A stretch of 64,000 bases of DNA from Prorocentrum cordatum. Its lineage: Eukaryota. The translations under genes and the position numbers were made by a program. Below the pieces are notes generated by a model, which was not told the DNA's origin, made no database searches, and saw nothing but the letters and a program-made list of their open reading frames with translations. The DNA lies in contig CAUYUJ010000059.1 of the NCBI GenBank assembly GCA_963575745.1, positions 372,001 through 436,000 on the forward strand, read 5' to 3'. The first letter of the stretch is position 1. Each line of letters starts with the position of its first letter. This document shows, one piece after another, positions 1 to 12,659 of the stretch.

Positions 1-2290
1 CGAGAGCCCGATGGCGCTCCCCCCCCAAGAAGCCGCGCACCTCCACCCCGGACGGTTTGGACGCCTTTCACCGCGAACAGCACGCGGCCTTTGAGCATCG
101 CCAGCGCCGACAACAGGATCAGACGCAGCGCGGTCCGCATGCACATCGAGCTGGACGCGGCCCCCCGGGGCCCCCAAGTCGCAACAGGGGTCTCTCCACG
201 GCCGGTCGACGCCGGTGAACTTGATGGACGTCGAGGAAGCAATGCTCCACCATTCTTTCGTCTGCGAGGACTCGGCGGCGGCGCCCTTCGACTGCGAAAC
301 CGCATTTCCGAGCGTCAGCCAGGAGTTCTTGATGGATGTGGCCCGCGCGCGCGGCTGGCCTGCGTGGCGCGCGCGCGTTTTGCCTGGGCACATCATTGGA
401 ACAACTATTGCAATATGGTCATATCCGAGGCGAAGTTCAGCGGCTTCCTTTTGACGGCAAGGGCGCGTCAAGGCTGCCCATTGCCACCACTTCTCGGCGA
501 CCATGAACTGCATCAGCGCGTCGACGTCGGGCTCGCGGAAGGTGACGTCGATCTGGTGGGCGGGGCTGTTTGCGGTGGTATACGGCGTCCTCCTGCGGCG
601 CCTCGCCCATCGCCATCCTGATGCTACTGCTCGCGCCTACGCCGACGACCTCGCGGTTGCGCCAGTGCACGGGGCAACCGACCCCCCCGTCTTGGAGCGC
701 ACGTTCGAGCCGCGCGCGCGGTTCTCTGAGCTCCAGCTTCGCCATGGCAAGTCAGCGCGGGCACCGTTGTCATCGGTCATTGCAGACGAGGTGACGACCC
801 AGGTCCAAGCTGCCGCCCCCACCCGGAGCGACTTTACGATCCGCCGCCACGCCAATTACCTTGGACTCGCAGTGGGCCCGGAACGCGCCGAGCACGCATG
901 GACACAGCCATTGGAGAAGTTTCTGGCTCTAGCCCGGACCTGGAGATGCATCGGGCATGGCTTGCTGCTGACGCTCTAGCCTTACCGCGCTTACATATTC
1001 CCGACCCTCGCCTTCGCGTCGTGCTCCAGCTGGACCGCCCCCCTTCTGGCTGGGCAGTCCACGAGCAGAAAGCGCGCACGATCCTCTTTCCAGGTCCGCG
1101 GGGCTGGGGCCCTCCCGCAGCCCTCCGGCGCTTGCGCGCCCTCGATTTCCAGAGCACGCTCATCGATGCCCACGCGACGGCTGCGGCGGCGAAGTGCCAA
1201 ATTTACCAATGGGAGAACGTTGCGCACGGCGGCCTTGAGGTTCGGCGCCGCGCCTGGGCCTTGCAGGATGTTTGGGCGAGTTCTGATCGCGCGACGCGGC
1301 AGGCAGTCTGGGGCGACTGGCACGACAACAGCTTGTTCGCCAACCTCGACCGGGCCCACGGGCAGCTCCAGCAGAAAGCGACGGGAGCGAGGATGTCGAT
1401 CGCAGAGCTGATGCAGAGGGCCACCTCTGAGCCCACCTTGCGGGCGCACGGGCAGATGCGCTCCCGCGCTCGCTTGCAGGAGCCGTTCCCGACGGGCTCG
1501 GCGAGTCACCTGAGTCGTTACCTCGCCCGCCTGTCTTCCCCAGTGCCTCCAAGTCGCCGCCTGGAGCGGGCCGCCTGCGCCCTCCGCGGGCTGGCGCGTT
1601 TGGTGCCTCCCCGCGTTTTGCTGCAATGGCTGGAACACCAGCCACCCCATGCAGCGACGCATGGAGTGCGTTTTCGGATGTCGAGCTGCCGAAGACAGCC
1701 TTCGATATGATGCTCCAGTTGCGGATTGTAGCCAGAGGCGGCTGGGCCCCCTCCCCGCCCTTCCTCTGGAGCGGTTGTCTTCTGTCTCCTCTTAACCCCG
1801 CAGTTCCGCGAAGACACGGGCAATGAACTCGTTCGACGCGCTTTTACTACTTATGCGGCGTACGTTGCCGGAACCGCCGCGCGCCACGGGCAGACTGTCA
1901 ACGCGCATGAGGCCCTGGGCGCATGAGGCCCTGGCGCAGTACGCGCGCGAGGCGTGTGCGGCACACGCTGGTCTGGCTAATATTGTAGCTGCTGTGTGGA
2001 CTAGTTGGCTCATCCCTCTCCGTCCTCCCCTCTGCCGCTTCGCTTCGTTGTCGTTTAGCTGGCCTCTGCGTCTTTCCTTCAGAGTGTCTATCAGAACTCG
2101 CCTTGGCACTCTGCGCCCATGGCCAAGTTCGATGTTTTAGGGCTTACATTCCTTCCATGGCTGCTCGTGGTAATTCATGGCGGGCCCTGGTCGCCCTGTC
2201 ACGGCGGAGTGTTTGCAGGTCATGTGCAGTTTAGTCTCTCCTCCTCCTCCGCCTCCTCCTTATTCTCCTCATCATCATCATCCTCCTCTC
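1..2290 (+). mobile_element. Decayed non-LTR retrotransposon (LINE): RT domain, C-terminal Cys-motif remnant and probable 3' UTR/simple-repeat tail
   Basis: RT motifs occur in order across shifting frames: LSIASADNRI (~91), FDCETAFPSVSQEFL (~290), RQGCPLPPL (~465), RAYADDL (~635) and YLGLAVGP (~860). A VFGCRAAEDSL remnant lies at ~1670 and a (TCC/TCA)n tract at ~2236-2290. Multiple frameshifts; the 3' boundary is approximate. Confidence 0.85.
490..565 (-). pseudogene. ~75-nt antisense fragment resembling FEN1/XPG-family flap endonuclease coding sequence, inserted in the LINE RT
   Basis: It interrupts the RT motif PL|LFAV. Minus strand 564..490 reads PAHQIDVTFREPDVDALMQFMVAEK and all 25 codons end in G/C. 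This resembles the FEN1 'EPDEEGLxxFLVxEK' segment as recalled, not searched. Confidence 0.6.
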
Positions 2291-2519
2291 GCTTGTTGTG
2301 TTGGATTTTTGATTGTGGCCGTTTGGGCCCTGGGACAGTAGCTTCCGCACAACTTCACGTACAGCCGCGGGCCCGATACGTGTCAGGGCGAATTCGTATC
2401 AGACGCCAGTTGGCTTCCCCCCTTTCTCCTCCACCCCCCCTAGAGTCTAATAACTTGCCCCTCGTCTGCTCCACATTCCCTGTTGAATCACCGCGTGCGC
2501 CCCCATCTTTTCCAACAAA

Positions 2520-4930
2520 AAATGAGAGGACGGGGTAGCTGCAGAGGAACGCGACGCGCGAGGGAAGAGGGAGCGACGACACAAGAGAGAGAGAGAGAGA
2601 CCGACGGCCCACGGAGAGGCGAGGACTCCGGGTCCAAAGACACGTGGGATGGGGATCGAAGGGTCCAGCGTTGCGCCTCAGTAGAGTGGGAGGGGGCGGT
2701 CGGCACCGCCGGATGTAGGCAGGCGGGTCGCGCGAGGCCTGGCCTGCCCTGCAGTTGGCGGGGGTAGCCGGATGAGCTGGAAGAAGGCGAGAAGACCGGG
2801 GCGGTAAGGAAGACCCAGCACGAGGGGCCAACGCAGATGAGGCCAGAGCCCCGTCGAGCCATAAGACGTGCAGAGTCGATCTCGCTGAGAACGTAACGGT
2901 CTGGACGCCGGTGCTGCATATAGAGTGAGAGAGGTGGCATGATTTATCCGCCCCATCGTGCCCCATGAGCAGAGAGCAAAGGGCCGAAACACTTCACAAC
3001 ACAGTGTGGTTCATGCTGTTTGCTTGGTTTCAGCCATCACAGCCGATAAGAAGGTGAAGGGCGAGGCGAGCGACGGAACGAAACTTAAGCTTAAGGCTGT
3101 GGCCGAAAAAGACGAGATCACGGCCAGACAGCTAACGTGCACAGGGCAGGTCGAGCAGACGGGCACCAGGCAGTCGAGAGGAAGGACATCGCGCGGAGGG
3201 GAGCAATGAATGCGGGGATGGGCCCAATGTTGCAGGGGGCAAGAGAATGGGGACGGCAGGAAGAGAGAGAGAGAGGGGGAGAGAGAAATGGAAGAAAGCC
3301 GAGCGTAAGGCAGGGCCGAGCAGGATGGGAGCACTGGCGGGTATCCCAAAAGGAACATGATGGGATATGCGGGGCGAACGGCAAACCGAAAAATGAGGGT
3401 GATGATGTGAGCGCAGCACCACACGGCGTGCATAATCGATCTCATTGAGGGCGTAATTGTGTGAACGCCGGCAATGTAGTTGGTAGAGCCGGCGGGAATG
3501 AGATAGGCAACGAATGGTATCGCGCTCAAGGCAGAACCCGAGAGGGATAAGGGATCGGGCGGCAAGCCAGACATGAGGAGGATGGAAAAAACAGCGGGAA
3601 TCAGGCAGGCAGAATGGGTGATGAGGCAAGGGCAGGGCAGGCGGGCATCAGATCGGCCAAAAGACTGAAATCGTTTTCGAAGGAAAGACCGAGAAGGATA
3701 AGAGACTGGACGGGTGGACAGAAAGGAAAAATATAGGATAAGTGCGGAAATCAGGTAAGCTGAATTGGGGGTGATGATGCGAACGCAGCGCTACAGGACG
3801 TGAGGAGTCGATCTCATTGGGAGGATGACGGTCTGGACGTCGGCATTGCATATAGAGTGACAGTGGTGGCGTGATTTGTCCGCCTCGTCGTTCCCCCATA
3901 GGCTCAGGGGTGGACAGACCTCCTACCCTGACACGTCGATTAAGGAATTGGCCGTTTTCGGTTCGCGAGAGGGCGTCGCGGCCGTCATTTGTGCGGGTCC
4001 AGGTCCGTCGGTTTCGGTCCCAGGCCGTTTTCACTAAGGGGAGGTCTACTAAAGGGAGGTTTGTCCACCGCCGATAGGAAAAGAACAAATTAGGGCCGAC
4101 ACTGGCCACAACAAAGTGTGGCTCCTTTTGTTTGCTTGGTTGTTGCTCTCACAGCCGATAAGGAGGTGAAGAGTGAGGCAAGCAGTTGCGGCGCATGCGC
4201 CACAACCGAGCTTATAGGTGACAGGTTGGCCCGGCGAGTCATCGGATCAATTAGCGACATGTCCGATTTTAGTTGTGAAGATTAGGGCTGTCCTCGCTCA
4301 ACATGGAGAATGCTGAAACGCCTTGGCTCGCAGGGCCGAGCGAAGAGCAGGATGGAAGAGGATCGCGCGCCCCTTGCTCTGGCATCCCAGAGCCATGAGC
4401 CCTCGAGTCGGGCAATGGGCCGCGCGTTAGCCATGAGCCGCGCAGGATGGACAGCGGCGGAGGGGAGACGGAACGGAAATAGAGAGTAAGGTTGCGGCCG
4501 AACAAGATGAGAGAGCGGCGGGATAGCCAACAGACGCAGGAAATGTCTAGCCTGCGGGCACCAGGCAGCAGGCAGGAAGGATATCATGCGGTGGGGAGCA
4601 ACGGGGGGGACGGGCCCACGAGTGCTGGGGGCAAGAGAGGAAAAGAGAGAGAGAGAGAACATAAGAGAGAGAGAGAAAGGGAAGAGAAGCCCAACGAGGG
4701 CATGAGAGATGGTAGCCGCGGTGGAGCACGAAGCGGGATGTGGACCAAAACTTCCGGGCCAGGCTCCAACACATGTGGGGGGTAATTAGTGGTCGGTGCC
4801 GATGGGCGTGGATTGAGGCCGCACGACCTTGGACCAACGGTCCACGGAGAAGCGATCCGCGGGTCCAAAGATACGCGGGATGGGGACCGCAAGGTCCAAT
4901 GTCTTGCCCCGGTAAACGGGAGGAGTAACG
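2520..4930. repeat. Diverged, duplicated interspersed-repeat segments
   Basis: Paralogous blocks: 2855-2960 vs 3790-3890, 2995-3075 vs 4105-4185, and 2600-2670 vs 4838-4900. Confidence 0.7.
3904..4074. mobile_element. MITE with TCRG...CYGA ends and a 5-bp TSD
   Basis: TIR TCAGGGGTGGACAGACCTCC / GGGAGGTTTGTCCACCGCCGA, flanked by TAGGC/TAGGA. The paralogous segment at ~2950-2990 lacks the insert (empty site). Confidence 0.8.
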
Positions 4931-4939
4931 GTTGATGCC

Positions 4940-7900
4940 GCGGAGGCCCTCGTGGGGGCTCCTGGGGGCTTCTTGGTAGCTTCTTGGGGGCCTCCGAGGG
5001 GCCTTTTGCAAGCCTCCTGGGACCTCTTGGTGACCTCTTGGGTGGGGCCTCTTGGGTGGGGCCTCTTGGGCCGTCTTGCGGGCCTCTTGGAGGCATCTTG
5101 GGCCGGCTTGGGGCGACTTGGGGGGCCTGTTTGGCCGTCCTGAAGTTGTCGGCAGCCCGAGAAGGCGAGAACGCAAGAGTCATTGAAACACCAACGGAGT
5201 ATCCAGGATGTTGGCTTCCCGGAGGTCCTCTTGAAGCCCTCTTGGGGCGTCTTGGGGGCCTCTTGGGCCGTCTGGGGGGCACTTGGGACCGTCTTGGGGA
5301 CACCTTGGGCGATTTGGGCCGTCTTGAAGGCTATCGTGGGCCATCTCGGCCGCCTTGGAGGCGACTTGGGCAATGAGAACATACGAGGGACCTACTTTCC
5401 ACAAGTCTGGCGGGTTGGGCCGGAGGCCAATGGGAACAGCTATTTAGAAAACACGTGAAAGTTCAGCATGCCAAGCACCCTTGCGATAAATACATGGGGT
5501 GGCGGATCGAAGACGCCCTCGGGGAATCACCGCCTCCCTCTGCCTTTTGGAAGCGCCCACGCGGCCAAACGTTGGGCCGAAGTCTGGCCAAGCTATTAGG
5601 CTGTGTGTTCCTCCAGCCGGTGTGGAGCCCCTTGGGGGGAACATTTGGGAGAGGAAGAGAATGAGGAAGGAGAGGGAGGAGAAGGACGAGGAGGAGGAGG
5701 AGGAGGAGGAGGAAGAAGAGGAGGCCTCTTGAGGCCCTCTTGGAGCCTCCTGGGCGGGTCCTCGACGCATCTTGGGAGCCTCGTGGGGCCTCCTGAGGCC
5801 TCTTGGGGATCCCCTAGGCCTCTTGAGGGCCTCTTGGGCGCTTTTCGGGGCCTCTACGGAACCTCTGGGGGGGCCATCTTTGGGCAGTCGTGGATGCCTC
5901 TCTGGGCGCTTCAGGGCCGTCTTGGAGGTCTACGGGGCCGTCTTGGCAGCCTCTGGGGCTGTCTTTGGGCCCTGTTGGACCGTATTGCGGGCCACCTCGG
6001 GAGCCTTTGGGGCCCGTCTTGGGGCAATCTTGGGGACGCACCGGAAGTCCGAAACGGCGAGAACGCTGAAATCATTGAAACGTTTGCGGAATATCAATGA
6101 TGTGGGCTTCCCGGAGGGCCATCTTGGCCGTCTTGCAGGCGTCTTGGGACCGTCTTGGAAGCCATCTTGGCCGTCTAGGAGGCATCCTGGGGGTCATCCT
6201 AGCCGTCTTGGAGGCCCTGTTTGGCCGCCTTCAGCTGGAAAACCGATGGAATATGCAATTTGGGTGGCTTCTGGGTGGCCAGCGCGAACCTTTAAATGAC
6301 GCAACGCGCTCAGACATTTGGCACGCCGCGCACCCGCGCGTTAAGCCACACATGGCGGCGGATCGAAGGCGCCTGTTGGAATCGCCCATGTGGCTGAGCG
6401 TGGTGGCAAGAGCTCTGCAAAGCTATCGGACCATGTGTTCCCCCAGCCGGTGTGGAAACCCTTCGGGGAACACTTGGGGGAGGATGGCGGGGAGGATCAG
6501 AAGGAGGAGGAGGAAAAAGGAGGGGGCCTCTTGGGAGCTTTTGGGGGGCACTCCTGGGGCCTCCTGGGAGCTTCCTGGGAGCCTCTTGGAGGCACCTTGG
6601 GAGCCTCCTTGGGCCTCTTGGGGAGCCTTGGGGGGCCTTCTCGGGGGCCTCCTTGGACGTCTTAGGGCATTCCTGGCCCGTCTGACGCCGTCGGAAGCCG
6701 TCTTGGGGCCCCCGCTGGGCCGACTCAGGGCCCTCTTGGGGTGCTTCAGGACCGTCTTGGAGGCCATCTTGGGCGCCTTGGGGCCCTCTTGGGCCGTCTG
6801 GGGACCGTCTTCGGGGCCTCTAGGGCCGTTCTGGGGTCCTTTGGGAGGCCTTTGGGGCCATCTTGGGGCGATCTCGGGGGTCTCTTGGGCGATCGTGGGG
6901 CGATCTTTGGGGGCTCTTGGGCCGTCTCGGGCTGTCGGAAGGCCGAAAAGAAGCAAATGCCAGATTCCTTCAAAAAACCATGACAAATCAATGACTTGGA
7001 CATCTTCGGGCCTTCCTGGAGGCCCTCTTGAAGTCCCCTTGGACCGTCTTGGAGACCTCTTGGGGTCTTCTTGGGACGTATTGGGCCATCTTAGAGACAG
7101 CTTGGGCCGTCTTGGTGGCCTCCTGGCCCGTCCGACGCCGTCGGAAGCCGCCTTGGGGGCCTCTCGGGGCCGTTGTATGGCCCTCTTGGGGTGCTCCAGG
7201 GCCGTCTTGGAGGCCATCTTGGGCGCCTTGAAGGCCTCTTGGGCCGTCTTGGGGCCCTCTTGGGGCCGTCTTGGAGGGCTCTTGGGCCGTCATGAGGTCA
7301 TCTGGGAGGCCTTCGGAGCCATCTTGGGGCGATCTCGGGGGCATCGAGCGGTAGTGAACCCCCCCCCTCGGTTTTCCGTAGGCGGGGGGGAGGGGTTAGG
7401 GGGGGGTTTTGCCGGGAGAAGGGAAGGGGGGGGGGTCGAGCAGGGAGGGGGATTTTCGGAGGGGGGGACCCCCGGGTAGGAAGAGGGGGAGGAATTTTCC
7501 ACAGTAAAGTTGCCGTGGATCACGCTCTTCCGGAGAAGCACATGGCAAAATCTTTTAAACAAACCCAGGACAATCAATGATTTGGGCCTCTTCGGGCCTT
7601 CCTGGAGGCCCTCTTGGAGTTCTCTTGGGCCGTCTTGGAGACCTCTTGGGGGCTTATTGGGCCGTCTTGGGTAGGGCCATCTTGGGCCGTCTTGGTGGGC
7701 TCCTGGCCCGTCTGACGCCGTCGGAAGCCGCCTTGGGGGCCTCTCTGGGCCGCTGTACGGCCCTCTTGGGGTGCTCCAAGGTCGTCTTTGGGCGCCATCT
7801 GGGAGGCCTTTGGGGCCATCTTGGGGCGATCTCGGGTGCCTCCTGGGCGATATTTGGGGGCTCTTGGGCAGTCTCGGGCTGTCGGAAGACCGAAAAGAAG

Positions 7901-9626
7901 CAAATGCCAGATTTTTTTTTAAACCATGGAAAATCAATGACTCAGGCATTTTCGGGCCTTCCTGGAGGCCCTCTTGGAGTCCTCTTGGGCGGTCTTGGAG
8001 ACCTTGGGGGCCTCTTGGGCCGTCTTGGGGCCTTCTTGGGGCCGTGTTGGGGGCCTCTCTGGGCCGTCATGAGGTCATCTGGGAGGCCTGTGGGGCCATC
8101 TTGGGGCGATCTCGGGGGCCTCTTGGGCCGTCTTGGGCCGTCGGAAGGCCGAAAATTAGAAAATGCCAAAATGTTTCGAACATCTACGGGCAACCCATGA
8201 TTTGTGCCTCTTCGGGCCTTCCTGGAGGTCTTCTTGGGGGCGTCTTGGGAGCCTCTTGGGCAGTCTTGGAGGTTTCTTGGGCAGACTCGGAGCCATCCTG
8301 GGCCGTCTTGGTGGCTTCTTCGGCGGACTTGGAGGCAACTTGGACCATATTGGGCTATCCTGGAGGCCATCCTGGAGGCCATCTTGGGCCAACGTGACCA
8401 TCTTAGATCGGGTATAGCCAGGGCCCAGGGTAAGGGGACCCTGTTAGTGGTAGGGACTTGGGGCCCCTCAATTGGCCAGATTCACCACACCAGGTTTGCC
8501 GTAACCGGTGTTTTCCGGGTGGCGGCAGTTCCGGTTCGTGGAGATGGGACGGGGGGGCGCCCCCGGTACAAATCGCTAAACCAGGTTCCATTAAACCCAG
8601 TTTTGCCAACGCCCGATTAGAAGCCATCTTGATCCGTATTGGGGGACTTTTTTTCTTGACGTTGTGCTCGTGTGTGCGGCCTTCCGGGTGGCCGGCGGCG
8701 TGCACCAGAACCCCAGCGGAAGTTCTTCTGGAAGAAGAAGAAGAAGACGAAACACCAAAAAGAAGAAGAAGAAGAAGAAGAAGTTCTTCTGGAAGAAGAA
8801 GCAGAAACACCAAAACCAAGCCGTATAGCGGTTAGCACGCCAGGCACCCTTGTGACAAGCACAGGGGGCGGCGGATTTAGCGGCTTTCGGCCCATCCCGC
8901 TACCGCCATTGGGATGTAGGTCAGAGGCCTCTTAAATGCAGGTCTGTCAGGAGGGGAAAAAAAACACACAGACACAATTAATCGTCCACTCCCAGGAAAA
9001 TATAGGAAAATATGGGAAGTGGGGGGGGAAGACAAAAACCCAGAAAATATGCGAAAATATGGGGAATCTTTTTATTTGTGTGTATTTATTTGTGTGTCCT
9101 GGGGCCCCTTCAGTCTGGGGATCTCTTGGAAGGCCTCTCCGAAGTCTCTTGGAGGCGGTGTGGGGGTGTCTTGGGGGCTTCTTTGGGGGCGTTTGGGGGT
9201 CTGATTTGGGCCTTCTGTGGGGGACTACTGGGGATTTGAGGGGCAACTCCGGGGCCTGTTAGTGGTCCCCGGGAACTTTAGGGGGCGGAGGGCTCGAAAT
9301 GTCGGTTCATGTTCCCTTCTTGAGGTTCTCTTGGGGCCCTCTTGTGTCGTCTTGACGCCATTTTGGGCGTCTGCAAGTGCTCTTGGGTCGTTTCGGGGCG
9401 TTCTTCCACCGTCTCGGGGACCGTTGGGGACCATCTCGGCCCGTCTCAGGGCCTCCAGGCTCGGGAGAAGTCACGCGGGAATACGCCCCAAATCCCAAGA
9501 GCGCCCGAGAACGTTCAGGATCGCTTGGAATTCGGGGCTGTGGAAGAGTAGTCTTGATTCTACGCAGAGGGTTCTTGGAGTTTTGAGGGCACTCAACTTC
9601 GTGTCTCTGGGGGCACAGTGGCGGAT
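4940..9626. repeat. GGCC(G/A/T)TCTTGG-type satellite-rich composite repeat array with hairpin modules
   Basis: Dense degenerate 10-11-mers. CACGCC...GGCGGAT modules at ~5463, ~6318 and 8834; the array ends in hairpin + GGCGGAT at 9626. Confidence 0.9.
8408..8616. mobile_element. MITE with TCGGG...CCCGA ends and 5-bp TSD TTAGA
   Basis: TTAGA at 8403-8407 and 8617-8621. Removing the insert and one TSD restores the host satellite (…ACCATC TTAGA AGCCATCTTGA). The TIR is imperfect beyond 5 nt. Confidence 0.8.
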
Positions 9627-9632
9627 TACAAG

Positions 9633-10173
9633 GACATCGTGCGCATCGAAGACCATAAGGTGACCGCTACGCGCACGGTGCCAGGTCCAACAGCGGAACG
9701 CAGCTTTTGGCATGGCCGCGAGATTCCAGGGATGCGTTCTCACATCTTCTTGATGACGCATGGTGGTGAGCAGACTAAGGCCGCTGTGGGCCTGAGCAAA
9801 GTGAACAACTTCGAAGCAGAATTGGTGGTATACCTCGCGTACTACTTGGTTTCGTGTGGCACGCCGCGCCCATCCATCGTCATAATCACACCGTACAAGG
9901 GGCAACTCATGCTCATCCGCAACATGCTCCTCAAGGATAAAACGAAGGACCGATTGCTGTCGTACGACAACACGGAGAAGGACCAGATTCGCGTGTCGAC
10001 AGTCGATCGTTTTCAGGGCGACGAGGCGGACGTCGTTATCGTCTCGCTGGTCGTGGACGAGAACTCGAGAACTCCCTTCGTGAAGTTGGTCAACCGCATG
10101 ATCGTGCTGCTGTCTCGCGCGCGTTTGGGTTTGTACGTGCTGGGGAACGTCAAGTACTTCGAGAGCCAGAAAG
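9633..10173 (+). CDS. ZNFX1-like gene, exon A: Upf1/DNA2-like SF1 helicase C-terminal domain (AAA_12-type)
   Basis: Motifs NNFEAELV, IITPYKGQ, STVDRFQGDEADVVIVSLV and NRMIVLLSRARLGLYVLGN. Probable AAG|G acceptor at 9632/9633 (start could be 9619-9633); AG|GA donor at 10173/10174. Confidence 0.9.
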
Positions 10174-10366
10174 GACCTCAGTATCCTTTAAACGATCCCC
10201 ATCCCCATCCCCATCCCCTTCGAGACCCCCACCAAATTACCACCCCAGTTGGGGATACACCCCTCGAAACCCGAAGGGAACGACATATCCCCACCTAGGG
10301 GGGCAAGTCGGCCAGTGGGGCCCAGGCCACGCCGCTGGGGATGGGGATCGGTTAAACGATACTCAG
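10174..10366 (+). mobile_element. 193-nt GA-AG intron created by a 188-bp TIR element (Introner) with TSD GGACC
   Basis: Element 10178-10365 has ~30-bp TIRs (3 mismatches) and GGACC at 10173-10177 and 10366-10370. Removing 10174-10366 joins FESQK-GPHGAAG in frame. Confidence 0.9.
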
Positions 10367-12399
10367 GACCGCACGGCGCAGCGGGCGTTGAACATTGGAT
10401 GAAGACTTTCGACATTCTGCAGAAGCCGCCCCAAAGCAGCGACAACGACGAGGAGCAGAGGGTTGTAGACCCGTTGGCGCACCTTGCGGTTGCCGGCGGC
10501 GACGGGGCCGATCCTCCCAGGCCGCCGGCTGAGCCGCAGACTATCGCGCTGACGGATGCCTTGTTCACTGAGCCACGTGTCGGCTCCAAGTTGCCACTGT
10601 GCTGCCCACAGCATCCGCGATTGTGTGGCAAATGCGTGGACAAGCCGAAAGATTTGATGTTGGGTTTCTGTGCAGTGCCTTGCGAGGTGAAGTTGCCGTG
10701 CACACACGCGTGCGGCATGAAGTGCCACTGGCCGCAGACGAAGCACGAGCGCAACTGCAAGGTCAAAGTGACCTCGCCGTGCTCGTACCATCCCGACGAA
10801 GTGACTTGCCGTTCAGTGTACGACAACAGCACTGCCGACCTGTACACCGACCCTACTATAGCCAATGCCCTGCAGCACTATCGCTGCCCTGCTCCAGTGT
10901 CTGTGACGCTCCCTTGCACGCACGAAAAGGACATGCCGTGTTGCGAGGAGACAGCTATCCGAGAACGTGGGGCTGCTTACCCACGGTGCGTGCGAGAGTC
11001 GCCACAGCCGTATGTCTACCCAGCCTGCCGGCACGAGAAGAGCGCCACGTGCGACAAGTTTGCGGAGTACACGAGGGACCCGACGTCGGCGCCGAAGTGC
11101 GTGGAGCTCGTGACTTACTGCCCGCTTACGTGTGACCACACGCGGCAAGTGAAGTGCCATCAGGAGCAGGATTACCGCGGCGGCAGGGCGTCTTACCAAT
11201 GTCCACAGAAGGTGAAGGTGCCGCTGCCACGCTGTGGGCACGAGCACACAGTAGCGTGCGCGAAAGCCAGGGAGCTGGATCAGTGGCAGGGTGCGAGAAG
11301 CAGAGAGCAGGACGTCGTGGAGGAGAACAGTACCTACGGCCCGAAGGACTACCAATGCCGTCAGAAGGTCACGTTCAAGCGCGCTTGCGGCCATGAGGTG
11401 TTGGATGTCGCCTGCGAAGAAGCGTTCTTGTGGGCTGCCAACGGGCCGCCGCCATGCATGGAGAAAGTTACTCGCCCGAGCCCATACTGCCAGCATGCGT
11501 GCGAGATCACCTGCCACGAGGCGATGGGTCTGAGGGATATGGCCCCAGTGGCGAGCGCACCGGTGGAGGTGGTGCACGAGGGCTCGGTGGAGTCGATGCC
11601 ACCTGGGCTTCCGCGGGCCATGGCCGAGTGCAAGACGATGGTCATGATGCGCCGCAGGTGCGGACACTCAAAACAAATGCAGTGCCACAGGGCCTCGCGA
11701 ATTCCAGACAAGTGTACTGAGGAGAAGTCGATGCAGAGTCCGCTCTGTGGCCACGAGATCAGAGTTCCTTGTCACTTACAGGCCACTTTGCACAAGTGGG
11801 CCCCGTGGAGCGACGACGTGCTGGGCACGCTCAGCAGTGAAGAGCGCTTACCGACCAGAGCAAAGCCGACGGGCCCAGCACCGTCCGAGGCACCGCTGCT
11901 GAATTGCTTGAAGGCGTGCAAACGGCACGTGATGGTGGAGAAGCCATGCGGCCATGAAACACGCTTGCAGTGCGGCGAGCTGATACAGGTGATTCGCGAT
12001 GGCGGCGAGGTCTTGAGGGGCAAAAAGTGTCAAGAAAATGTCGACTGGGAGTGCGAGAAGTGCGGGGCCGTGCACGAGATGGAGTGCAGCAAGCGCAAGC
12101 AGATCTCTGACGGCAGCCACAAGTTTGCATGCAAGGGCATGCGGGATATGCCTTGCTGGAACGTGGCCGCTTGCGGCTCGCAGGCGGTCACGGTGCCATG
12201 CGCCACAGAGGAGACTGCAGCGGTGTGTTGTGACCGCAGGTTGGAGTGGGTATGTTCTGCAGGCAAGCACAGGCACGTGCTGGCCCTGTGCGCGAAGGGG
12301 ATCCCGCGGAGCTGCCCAGACTGCAACAGCGACGCGATTGCTGAGTCCATGAATGCGGCGCAGCACTACGCGGAGGCGACCGATGAGGACTTGGCACAG
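10367..12399 (+). CDS. ZNFX1-like gene, exon B: NF-X1-like Cys/His zinc-finger repeat region
   Basis: About 11 C-x-H-x(5-6)-C motifs (e.g. LPCTHACGMKCH, LPRCGHEHTVAC, PLCGHEIRVPCH). Open for 677 codons. Probable phase-0 donor CAG|GT at 12399; an alternative is ATAG|GT at 12442. Confidence 0.88.
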
Positions 12400-12659
12400 G
12401 TGCCGATGAGCGAAGACACGACGGTGCTCAAGGGCAAAATAGGTAGGAAGACATTGCGAGAGCATGCCGCTTCTCGCTTTCAAACGCTGGCCTACCTCGA
12501 CACGTGTTCAGGGCTCGCGGGACTCCATGTTATGTAATCGTCCCGTTCATCCCGCCGGCCCGCACAATGTCATCGTTGCCGCGTGCCCGTCTGGTCTAAG
12601 CGACCGGGGGGGTGTTCGTGTATTCGTGGTCGACGGGAGATGTCTGGAAGGCGGTCGAT

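Noticed and set aside
4183..4221. 'QLRRMRHN' as the missing upstream helicase exon
   Set aside because: It is a DNA palindrome (GTTGCGGCGCATGCGCCACAAC) inside a duplicated repeat, followed by a stop, with no compatible splice context.
7344..7533. Another TCRG-type MITE
   Set aside because: It is clearly an insert in the satellite, but the TIR match is poor and no 5-bp TSD is found.
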